Assembly: GCA_012026655.1 (NCBI GenBank)
Contig: JAAILG010000954.1
Span: 1-64,000 of the forward strand
Source of the DNA: Hydrolagus affinis
Lineage: Eukaryota
Reading direction: 5' to 3'
DNA length: 64,000 bases
Shown: positions 24,765 through 35,556 of the stretch, piece by piece
Layout of the letters: each line of letters starts with the position of its first letter
How positions within the stretch are numbered: position 1 is the stretch's first letter
Translations under genes and position numbers: made by a program
Notes under the pieces: model-generated
The model's input: only the letters and a program-made list of their open reading frames with translations
What the model was told of the DNA's origin: nothing
The model's database searches: none

Positions 24765-25066
24765 TACTGTAGCTCAGTTGTTAGAGCACTCGCTTTACTA
24801 GCAAGAGAACTGAGTTCAATTCCCGGCAGGGTAAAACCTTGGGCAAGGTTTCTTACTCCACCGCTTGATAATAATAATCTCTCAAACAAAATTGGTCATT
24901 TCAATCCATGACTGTTTGTGGGACACTGCTGTGCGCAATTGGTTGCAGCGTTTCCATGACATATATACAGCCAATCCACTTTACAATATATTCTGTTAAG
25001 TGCTTTCAGATGTCTAGAAGACGTGAAAAGCCCTATATCAAATGCAAGGATTATTATTATTATTAT
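24765..25066 (+). mobile_element. tRNA-derived SINE
   Basis: Same head, body and (att)n tail. Confidence 0.87.
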
Positions 25067-25099
25067 CACATTACTACCACCACCCCCCCACCCGCCCCC

Positions 25100-25470
25100 T
25101 CCAACTCACTGCCCTCCTCTCACACTCACTGCCCCCCTCAAACATTCCCCCTTCACACACACTGCACCCTCTCACTCACTGTCCCCTTCACACTCAATAC
25201 CCCCTCACACTCACTGCCCCCTCTCACTCACTGTCCCCTTCACACTCACTGCCCCCTCTCACACTCACTGTCCCCCCTCACACACTCACTGCTCCCCTCT
25301 CACACTCACTGCCCCGTCTCATATTCCTCCCTTCACACTCACTGTCCCCCCTCTCACACTCACTGTCCCGTCTCAGAATTCCCACACTCACTCTCCTAAC
25401 ACACTCACTGCCCCCTCTCACACTCACTGTCCCCCATACTCCTCACACTCACCATCCCCTCCACACCGCT
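25100..25470. repeat. ~19-bp minisatellite (ctcacactcactgccccct)n in WDHD1 intron 1
   Basis: Tandem imperfect units read directly from the sequence. Confidence 0.9.
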
Positions 25471-25487
25471 CACACACTCTACCTTAC

Positions 25488-25590
25488 CGTCTCTCTGTCT
25501 CTCCCTCAATGGCTTCACTCCGAGGCGGCGGTTACTCTCCTCGCTCAGCGCGAGCCCAGCTTTCTCACTGACACACACCGTCTTTCCCGC
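25488..25590 (-). other. WDHD1: Probable non-coding exon 1 of WDHD1 (5' end approximate)
   Basis: Donor ACG|GTAAGG at 25488/25487 at the edge of the CpG island. The ATG-bearing exon has an acceptor at 24093/24092, so an upstream exon is required. Confidence 0.65.
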
Positions 25591-26080
25591 CACTCGCTAC
25601 GTCACAGGTCAAGCCGCGCTAGGGGGGCGTTTTCAAACCAAACGCGTCATCATCGACTCCCTTCCCCCCCCCCCCCCCACCACTAACACCAACGGCCGTC
25701 CCGAGGGGTTGTGGGGGGTTCTGACTTTCAAAATGACACAATGACGAACCATTTGGATGGAGGGCGGCTGTCAATACATTTGATGTAAATAATAATGTGG
25801 TTTATTTTTGCGACATGAGGAGGAGAGGGGAAGTGTCCGTGTGGGTCGGTTGTAACCGTCATTTCCGCCGCTCAGTTAGTCGCGTCCGGGGGTCACAGTG
25901 TGAAGGGATCGGGCGGCTCGAGGCCTGCGAACGTCCGTTTCTCTCCCTTTCTCTCCCCTCAACTGTCAAACACCCCTTGACACCCGATGCTGTCTTATTA
26001 TAACGTCCTCCTCCCGGCGAAGTAATAGAGAGGGTTGAGGAAAAAAAACAACCTGAGCTGCCGGGCATTGCTAGGTAAGG
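25490..26080. promoter_or_regulatory. CpG-rich bidirectional promoter WDHD1/SOCS4
   Basis: CpG-dense island between head-to-head genes. E2F site TTTCCCGCC 25583-25591, CRE-like TGACGTA (-) 25598-25604, CHR TTTGAA (-) 25632-25637, ETS GGAAGT 25829-25834. Confidence 0.8.
25840..26074 (+). other. SOCS4: Probable non-coding exon 1 of SOCS4 (5' end approximate)
   Basis: Donor TAG|GTAAGG at 26074/26075. Candidate acceptor ttttccccttgtag| at 27867/27868 upstream of the CDS. Confidence 0.6.
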
Positions 26081-26437
26081 CTTTTAAAGCGGGGCTGTCA
26101 TCCGCGGAAAAAAAAATCAGCTTTTTTTTATTATTATTAAGTGAAATCGTGTAGATGCCGATTAAATCTCCCTCCTCCCCCCCTCCCCCCACCCTAACCC
26201 CGCTCCCCTCCCTCTTTCCCTCCTCAACCAACCGCGAAGGAATTTTACAAGAGATTCACCGACTTTTAAATAAAACTATTTAAATAAGGGCCGCAGCGAG
26301 AAACCGTAAACCAGTAGTGTTGCGTATGCTTCATTTCTCTGTGAGGGCTTTGGGAGATGTCAGATTTTGGGCGAGGGGCAAAGTGGAGGATGTTAACCCC
26401 CCCCCCCCCATGCCTATTGCAGTGCCGTACTTTCTCT

Positions 26438-27157
26438 AAACAACAGCAACTACAACAAAACTGCACTTGTGTAGCGCCTTTCACGTCAGGAGGACGTCCC
26501 GAGGCGCTGGACAGTCATTGTTTCAGACCAGAGCTGGGATCGGGGTCTGGGAGGGTGGAGGGTAAAGGAGGGATTTAGGGTGACCGATGGGACCGTCGAA
26601 GAGGAGGGTCTTGAGGCGAGACTTGAAGGAAGTCAGGGAGGGGGCGAGAAGGAGTTCCAGAGGTTGGGGGCAGAGTGGCTGGAGGTTTGCCCGCCAGTGG
26701 TGGGGTGGGTAGGTCTGGGGACGTGGAGCAGGCTGGAGCCTGCTGAGCGGAGGGGCAGGAAGGTTGGTAGGCAGTTTGGAAATCGCAGTGGGGTGAGGCC
26801 GTGAAGGGCTTTGACTGTGTGTGAGGACCAGGATCTTGAATTGGATCCTCTAGGTGATGTGGAGCCAATGGAGTCAGGCGAGGATGGGGTAGATGAGGGT
26901 CACAAAGCTTGGAGTGGTAGAGGACATGGGCCTCAGAGATCTGGATTATCAGCAACCCATGGAGGGAGGAATTGGGAAGGCAGACAAGCAGGGCATTGTG
27001 ATGAAGGCATGAATGAGGGTTTTAGCTGCCTGGGGGATGAGGTAATGGTGGAATCGGGCAATATTGCGGAGGTGAGGGAAGGCAGAATGGGTCATTGCTT
27101 GGATGTGGGGAGGAAAGACAGTTGAGGATTGAACGTGACACCTAGGTTTCTGACAAG
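26438..27157 (-). mobile_element. L2 LINE 3' fragment in SOCS4 intron 1
   Basis: Reverse of the L2 tail (gcgcctttcacgtc-ggaggacgtcc; aac repeats) joined to degenerate ORF2 C-terminal sequence. Confidence 0.8.
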
Positions 27158-28036
27158 CCTGCAGTAAGCCTGTGTGTGTCTATAAACCTGATCTACATGT
27201 AGTGTTTGTATCCGAGCCCTTTCATTGATAAGGTTTTGTTTTTGCATTTCCAACTTGCATGCCGCTGTCTAAACAAAAATGTACAAAATACTCAGGACTC
27301 TTTGTTACTCAAAGCTGAAGTTGGTTTCTTCATGAGTTGATTGTTCTCTGGGCACAACTTGATCAATAATTCAATTTGCCTGGGTTTCTCTACACCCTTT
27401 AGAAGAGATTACCTACACTGTCTCATTGTGATTTTCCATGAAGCGTATGTAAAAAGTATGATGTCAGGTTGGATTCCCCCCCACACACACAACACACCGT
27501 CACTAAATGAGAATCTGACACCTGTACCACGTCAACACAGATTGGAGGTCAATCTAGCTGGCACCACACTTTAAAGAGTCACAGAGCTTCAATTCTATAC
27601 TACCAGTATTCCATAGTACAACCCAACTTGTGTATATTTGGTCCAAGCCACTATCACATCTTATTTAAGAACATGAACTGAATGTTATTTCAGTATTATT
27701 ATTATAAACAATGTCACACCAGAGAGAACACTAATGTGTTACTCCCAGACTGACAAGGACTATTTGCATACTCTACATGGTACATTTAATTATATGTTTG
27801 ATTCAGTTGATACAGTTGCATTAATACGTCAAGGTAAAATTTCTGATTCTTGTTTTCCCCCTTGTAGATGTTCCTCCGAGGAAGCACTCTGCAGTTCTTT
27901 AGACAGTAGCAAGATGAAATAACTACTGAAATTCAGCAATATAAGTATAGATTTTTTGTTTGAATTTGCCGCGGACAAACAACGGCCCTGAATAGTTTGA
28001 ATTCAGATTTTTAACTTTATTTCAAGGTTAATTAAA

Positions 28037-29350
28037 ATGTCAGAGGAAAAAGGAGCAACATCTCGAAATGTAGATGTAAGGCCCAAAGTCAACCGAGGCA
28101 GAAGTGCTGATCATAAGGATGGTTATGCTTGGAGTGGTAAGAGGTCACGTTCAACTAAAACTGAAGCTTCTTCAGGTAGCGAGGAGAGACAAACATCTGG
28201 AAAACAATCAATCCCTTCACGAAGAAGGGAAAGAAGATTGAGCTCCTCTTCTAGACAAGATGTTGATGATTGTGTATGCAAACTACCCAGTCGATCACTG
28301 AAACAGAAGATCCAAGATGCAATAGTTCAGTGTTTCCCAGTTAAGGTACATAACCATAAACACTCTGCAGCTCTCACTTCAAAAAGAAAAATTCACATCA
28401 GTGAACTGATGTTGGATAGTTGCCCTTTCCCAGTTGGTTCTGAGCTAGCTCAGAAATGGCACTTGATTAAGTGGCACACTGTTCCAGGGACTCAAAGGTG
28501 TGGGGTTTGGGGAGCATCAGCAGTGGGATTTGCTGATGATGAGGATGACAGGCTACGGGAAAGACGCAGAATGAGCATTGAACAAGGTGTTGATCCTCCT
28601 CCGAATGCACAGATTCACACATTTGAAGTGATATCCCAGACCAATGCACTGCACGGCCCAAAGTTACCACTTGGGATGAATGAATTAACCTCTGAGAGAG
28701 GGTTTCATTTTCAAAACAATGAAATTGACTCTGATGATGAAGTGTTGACTCTTACACAATCTCAAAAGCAGAATGGAGCAAAAATGGATTCTGATGAGGG
28801 AATAAATCATCCAACTTCACTTCATAAAGACCATACCCAGATTGACTACATTCACTGCCTAGTCCCAGATCTATTTTGGATCAGTAAGAATCCAAGCTAT
28901 TGGGGTGTTATGGATAGATATGGTGCTGAGGCTTTGTTAGAAGGTAAGCCAGAAGGAACATATCTGCTCAGAGACTCGGCCCAAGAGGACTATCTGTTCT
29001 CTGTCAGTTTCAGACGCTATAGCCGCTCCCTCCATGCCAGAATTGAACAATGGAATTACAACTTCAGTTTCGATGCTCATGATCCCTGTGTCTTTCATGC
29101 ACCTAGTGTAACTGGTCTCTTGGAGCATTACAAAGACCCAAATTCCTGTATGTTCTTTGAGCCGCTGCTGTCACTTCCACTGAACAGGACCTTTCCCTTT
29201 TCACTTCAGCACCTCTGCAGAGCTGTAATTTGCAGCTACACTACCTATGATGGCATTCATAGTCTTTCCGTGCCACCAGCAATGAAAACTTACTTGAAGG
29301 AATACCACTACAAACAAAAAGTTCGAGTGTTCAGGTGCGATGAACTGTAG
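28037..29350 (+). CDS. SOCS4: Suppressor of cytokine signaling 4 (single coding exon, 437 aa)
   Basis: N-terminus NVDVRPKVNRGRSADHKDGYAWSGK is SOCS4-type. SH2 domain WGVMDRYGAEALLEGKPEGTYLLRDS, SOCS box PFSLQHLCRAVIC...LKEYHYK. Head-to-head with WDHD1 like mammalian SOCS4. Confidence 0.95.
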   Translation: MSEEKGATSRNVDVRPKVNRGRSADHKDGYAWSGKRSRSTKTEASSGSEERQTSGKQSIPSRRRERRLSSSSRQDVDDCVCKLPSRSLKQKIQDAIVQCFPVKVHNHKHSAALTSKRKIHISELMLDSCPFPVGSELAQKWHLIKWHTVPGTQRCGVWGASAVGFADDEDDRLRERRRMSIEQGVDPPPNAQIHTFEVISQTNALHGPKLPLGMNELTSERGFHFQNNEIDSDDEVLTLTQSQKQNGAKMDSDEGINHPTSLHKDHTQIDYIHCLVPDLFWISKNPSYWGVMDRYGAEALLEGKPEGTYLLRDSAQEDYLFSVSFRRYSRSLHARIEQWNYNFSFDAHDPCVFHAPSVTGLLEHYKDPNSCMFFEPLLSLPLNRTFPFSLQHLCRAVICSYTTYDGIHSLSVPPAMKTYLKEYHYKQKVRVFRCDEL

Positions 29351-31265
29351 TGATAACGTGGATCAGCAGAAAACCAATGGCCTACAATAAATTCAAATTT
29401 GTAAAGCACCATAAACATTACTAATCCATAAAGAAATTAGTTAGTGTTTGTCTTAAATAGAAGTTTACTGGCACAGTATTTTGATAAGATACTTTTTATG
29501 GACTGTTTACTTTAACATTATTCTCTATTGTATTCAAACATTCCCACTTGATTTCCTTTTTTTTTACAGCAGTGCATTTAAAACTGCTTTACTTTGTCAG
29601 ACAAAATATTTATTTGACTTTTTCTCATGACACTCACCTCTTATGGTTTTACCTAAAACAGGACTTTGTCATTTCATCCATCTGAAAACCAAGTGTATTT
29701 GCATTTGATCTCAAGACTAAACATTTCTAAAGTCAATTCAAAACATCAAAGAATTGAATGTATAACCATAAATTTATTTGCACTGTTTTTATACTTTTCC
29801 AAATGTATTAATCCATAATTTGTAGAGCTCGACAAGTGTAACAAAATACAATACGAATGTAACCTGGGTTATTGCACTGTAACTTTCAAATTCATTTTAC
29901 ATGAGTAAAAACTAACAAAATGCTGTTGTTTGAAGTCTGTTTTATACAATAATGCAGTTTAGAAATGTATTCTTAACTTTCTAATAACAAATCTAACAAT
30001 TTAGTATCAACTGATCTCAAAAGAAATAACCAAAGGTTGATTAGAAATCAAGCCAGAAGATGACAAAAAGACTAACCAGGAACTACATCTGAGCAGCAGG
30101 AAATGGTCAGTGAGTCAGAATACTGACCAAATAAAACTTAAAACATATGTGGAAGGATGCAGCTGAAAAGGAAATGGAACTGAAGTCTAAATTAGAATAT
30201 TTAAAGCAAGACAGTAAACAGCTGGAAAGTAGAGATAATCTTTGTTCATTTACAGAGTTAAAGTAAGAAGTCTCATTTTTTTGGGGTCAGGTGAGGGGCT
30301 GACACAGAAATGTATCACCATAGTTTTCAAACCGGACAAAATTTACATATATGGAAATTTCCCTGTCTGGAATGAAATGCAGTCTCTCCCCAGAGACACG
30401 CACAGTGCTTATCTTATTCCATAATGTAAAATTTAATAACTCCTTTACAAGAAGTTAATTAATAATTTAATAAGTATATTCTATACTCACTTTGCTTAAA
30501 GGATTGTTTGAAATCACATGGGCTCCCATACAATCTTTTTGTCTCTGTAGAGTACAATAAACTAGATCTATGCTTCCAAATTTAACATTGGAATTTGTAA
30601 CTGGATTGCTCAATAAGCAACAAAGACAATAAGGGAATTACTTCGTCCTGACTCATGGAAACCCACCTTGGAACATAGACACTGTCAGAGCAGAATTCCC
30701 CCAAGTCATGCTCATATACTTCCGATTTTCTTATTAAAGAATCAAGTTAAAAAATGGCCACATTCTGATCTCCATTTAAATTTTAGGAAAGTTTTATTGT
30801 TAAATACAGCATTGCTAGTGTTCAATCAAAAACGATAAGTGGCACCCAGATTGAAAACAAACTACCAACTGACCAATGGAATACACCATGGAAGGCTTAC
30901 AAAGAGTGCAAGGGGCTGACTCACAAGTGCTCAAATCAAGTTCTTATTCAGAAGATTCTGTTTTTGGAGACAATCTATACTTAACTGCTGCGGACCACCC
31001 TTGTAAACAAAAGTGCATTACAGGGTGTGCTAAATGGATGGTTGTGCTGAAGTAATGCTACCAACTTTAATAAAAAAAACATTGTAACTAACTTAAGTTT
31101 GAAGAATTCCATCATTGCACCACCATCACCACACCCATCCCTACCCCCACATAGAATTATATACAAAAGTCTTTGGTGTAACTTTCCTAAAATGCATAGA
31201 TACACATTTTTCTATTTTCAACATACAAAAAAAGCCTTGACTGAAGCATTTTTATCATTCACCCA

Positions 31266-31500
31266 ATAACAACAACAAAATTACATTTGTATAGCACCTT
31301 TCATGTTGGGAGGATGTCCCAAGGTGCTGGACAGAGCGTTTCAGACCTGAGATGGGCACGGGATCTGGGAGGGTGTGGGAAAGGAAGGGGAGGTGACCAA
31401 TGGCACCATTGAAGAGGAGGGTTTTGAAGTGGATAGGGAGTGGGTGAGGCAGGGGGATTGCAGAATGGAATTACAGATGTTGGCGACAGAGTGGCTGGGA
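31266..31500 (-). mobile_element. L2 LINE 3' fragment
   Basis: aacaacaacaaaattacatttgtatagcacctttcatgttgggaggatgtcc... same family as above. Confidence 0.75.
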
Positions 31501-33757
31501 GTGAAAATCAGCACAGTAGTAAATGTATGCAGAATGAGACAATCTGACTTGATCAAGTTTGCTGTTGGCTGATGGTCCGGTTCTGCTTATTTCAGAAATG
31601 GATAATTACTTTTAATAATTAAGGCAAGGGCTCAGTTATGAAAATGGCTTTGTATGAAAGTGGAAGCTTTTGGATAGTCTTGGGGAGTTGGATTATACAG
31701 CATTGTTTCCTATATTCTTAAATAATATCCAGAAGATAAAATATATAGAAAGCAAAGGATACAAAATGTAAATTACAATTTCTTAACCAATCTCAGTATA
31801 TATATTTGAAACAATAATCCAATCTCAGAAGGAATTGAGGCTTTCATCATAAAATGCATTTACAGAGAAGTTAATGTTCTTCACTGATACTCCAGCTGTC
31901 CTTGTGTTGGGTGAATGATCTATTAATAACATTCTGAGAACTTCCTGGTATTGCCTAATGAACAGTATGTCTCTGTGCTAAGTGAATGTGACATGTGTTT
32001 CAGTGTTTAGGGAAATTCCCATATAAATGAACTTCATCTTAATCGATTTCCAGCATGATCCACTGTTCCAATCACTCAGAAATAAAGTTGATTTAAGTTA
32101 TTAAATAATGCAGCTGTGTTAGTGCACCCTAGCTGTGAAACATAATGAAATAAGAACACTTAAGAATCATTCTAAATCATTATGGAATACATTTTGCAAG
32201 AGATTAATTTTCTGCAGGCTTTTAGAGCTGAAAGGGTGATGTTGCTTGATCTGTAAGTGTAATTATTCCATGATACTGTATATCCCATTAGAAATATCCG
32301 ACCATGTGTTCCACAGTAACCCCAGTTCTTAACATTCTACAAGCATTATTAGGCACTGGGTCGAGATCAGAAGAAAAGTGCACAGTTTAGAATGAATTAC
32401 AATAGACACATATGTGAAAATGGACTGTCCAAAAAGGAGATAGAATAAGATTGGGACACCAACGTCTATTGGGAATTGGACAGCTTCTTGGTAACGGAAG
32501 TAGATTATAGTGGTAGATTGGCTTTTCACTGCAGAACATTTCTGAGGTTATTTCCAATGGGATATACTTTAATCGCAGAGCAGATCAAGCCACTTCACGC
32601 TTCCATCTTTAAAAGCATGCAGAAAATTAACCTCAGATTGGCTTGTTGGTAAAGGAAACAGATTGTAGTATGGCAGATTGGGTTTCTTGGTAAAGAAAGT
32701 ATAGTACATTGTAGTACTATAGAATGTACAGTAGATTGAGGGGTAAGAGAGAGACTTGTGCAAGTGATTTTTAAAAATCTTTGGGACTGGTCAGATGTAC
32801 ATGATAGTCTTTCCTGTTTGTTTCTAGATTCGCTCACGATTATTGAAAAGATTGCATTAGTTTAACTAATTTACTGCATATGTGCTCCAATCGAGCATCT
32901 ATTATTTGCTCTGGCTGATTGTTTATATTGACTGAAAGACATGCTGAAAATCTAGTTAAAACTGAATTGTGTATTTGCTACCTAGTGGGCAATGCAAGTC
33001 ACTAAATTTACAATGAGAGTTTCTATTTGGGACTTGTTTCTACACTAAATGTAAATTGAAAGATTTACTTTATTGAGTGAAGGGAGCAGAGTAAACCCCA
33101 GGTTCTTTCAAAATGTTACAAGGAATGGGGGGAGAAACAACATAGGCCTGAGGGGTGGGGGAAGAAGAAAAAAATCATAGAGCCTCTGCTTCTGAGACCA
33201 CTGCTGGAATATGAACCTGTGTGGATGCCTGGTGAGAACAAAATCGAGTTCAGTTGAACCCTGCTGCTGAAATAGTCTGCCGACACTCGCTCTCAAGGCT
33301 CACACACAAAAAAATGATGAACGGCAGAGGGGCAGAGCCTGGAGAAGAATATGCCAGCATGAGCTGGGAACACATGCTGTGTTTACTAATATTGCTGTGT
33401 GAACATTTGCGCTCAGTTGTTGCTGAAATTAATATTCTTCAGAAATCAAAATTAAGGGTTTAATTGATTCAATGTGATTTACTGTGTTCATGAAAGTATT
33501 GAAAGCAATGGACAATTGCTGCAATAAGTACAGTCCACCAATTGTATCAAAGAATGATACCCATTTAATATGAATGACATGATTATAGTATACCACAATG
33601 TACCAACATACATAATACTGCACAACATAATTTTAACACTAATTCATATGTGTAAACTTTCTACATCACAATATAATCTGATCTGGTTATTTATTGATTT
33701 TTACAAACATATCTTTTGGATACATTTACATGTATAAGAACCTGGCAGATTATGTTT

Positions 33758-34507
33758 TAGAAGGGGAGAGACTAAATAGTGTTAGAGTTCAGAGGGACTT
33801 GGGTGTCCTTGTACACCTGTCACAATAAGTTAGTCTGCAGGTACAGCAAGCAACTAGGAAGGCTAATGGTATGTTGCCATTCATTATAAAAGGGTTGGAA
33901 TATAAGAGTAGGGAAGTCTTGCTGCAGCTGTATAAGGCCCTGGTGAGACCGCACCTAGAATATTGTATGCAGTTTTGGTCTCCTTATTTAAGAAAGGATG
34001 TACTCAACTTGGAGGGGGTACAGCGTAGATTCACTAGGTTGGTACCTGGGATGAGGGGGATGAGTTATGAGGTTGAGCAATCTAGGCCTATATTCTCTAG
34101 AATATAGAAGAATCAGAGGTGATCTTACAGAAACCTATAAGATAATTAAGGGGCAAGACAGAGTAGATAGTGGACGACTATTTCCCCTGGTTGGAGAAAC
34201 TATAACCAGGGGTCACACTCTTAAAATCAGGAGTCAGCCTTTTCACACAGAGTTGAGAAAAACGTCTTCACTCAGAGGGTAGTGAATTTATAGAATTCTC
34301 TACCCCAAAGGGCTGTAGATGCCTCAATCGTTGAACATATTCAAGACTGAGATCGATAGATTTCTTGTGGATAAAGGGATTAAGGGATACGGGGATAAGG
34401 CGGATAGGTGGAGTTAGAATAGATGAGCCATGATCTTATTGAATGGCAGGGCAGGTTCGAGGGGCTGAATGGCCTACTCCTGCTCCTAATTCTTATGTTC
34501 TTATGTA
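33758..34507 (+). mobile_element. CR1 LINE, 5'-truncated 3' end
   Basis: ORF2 C-terminal motif LYKALVRPHLEYCMQFWSPYLRKD with frameshifts. 3' UTR gaggggctgaatggcctactcctg and (tcttatgt)n tail. Confidence 0.92.
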
Positions 34508-35428
34508 TTCTGATAGGCCCTCACACCACTCTATCAATGAGCAAATGTCACTTAAGAGTAAATATTGATTAGATTTTAGTCTGAATGTCAACTTAAAATG
34601 ATCAATATTATAACTTGGTCTTGATACAAATAGCTATTCCTGTGTGAAGTACGCTATATAAATGCAAGTTATTGCCTGTTGTATAACAACGTATGATCAC
34701 CAATTAGCATATGCACACTAAAAGCAGACAAGCTCCATCAGCACACATCATCCTTCAAATTATGATAGAGAGCGTCAAAATGAGCAATTGAGCCTCCTGT
34801 TGTCACACTTCACCTCAAATTACTTTTGAAGATCAACAATGCTATTTGAAATATTCTGACTACGAATGGAGCCGGATATTTTGGGAAGCAATTCTTAGGG
34901 TCCACACTCAAATCATACTTATGACATTGGTTTGCTTACATAACTGACAATCAATAAGCAGCAGAGATCACTCAACAGTGAGGCTTGCTGGAAACATACA
35001 TTCAATGAAACATATCCAGTTTGACAAGAAAAATTTACAGGCTTTTGTAAAAGCTATTGAGAGCACTAAAAGTTGAATCAGCGGCAAAACATTCGGCCTT
35101 TCCATTCAATGTTCAATTTGGTACATTTGGTAGTTACAAAATAACTAAAATCATTTATAAAAATGTTAGCATATCAGACAGCTTTGCCTCGTCCCATTTC
35201 CTCTTCGCATCCCATTAATTCAACACGACTGCTTGGTTTGTTTCAAAGATCTGCTCTCAGCAGGAACGTGGGATCAAAACTGGTGACGAGCAAGCTAAAT
35301 GGACTTTGTGAGGTATCAGAGAAGGTAATTGGCAAATCACACCTCACAGAATTTCATGCCATCAAGCATAGATTTTTTTTCTTCTGTTTCGCTCAATCAC
35401 TGCTAAATAAGGCAAATGCTGTTTTTTT

Positions 35429-35556
35429 TCAAGGAAGATTGTGAAGTGGGTTTTCAAAATACAGTGGAGTGGATTCTGGCAACCTTTGGTGATAATACTT
35501 TCTACTTACAAGGAGCAGTACAAACATTTCCAGAATCTTTGCATGGTGATCTATTT
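35429..35556 (-). CDS. OSTalpha-like terminal coding exon
   Basis: CTACAG| acceptor. Encodes (Q)[41 protein letters not shown]. Confidence 0.85.

Noticed and set aside
25100-25470. CRISPR-like array
   Set aside because: Vertebrate tandem repeat with no unique spacers and no cas genes.
24908-25686. Overlapping 163-214 aa His/Pro/Thr-rich ORFs
   Set aside because: Translations of a SINE tail plus the minisatellite.
26575-27125. ORFs in SOCS4 intron 1
   Set aside because: Decayed L2 ORF2 and its antisense.
33871-34282. RT-like ORFs as an active element or host gene
   Set aside because: 5'-truncated, frameshifted CR1 fragment.
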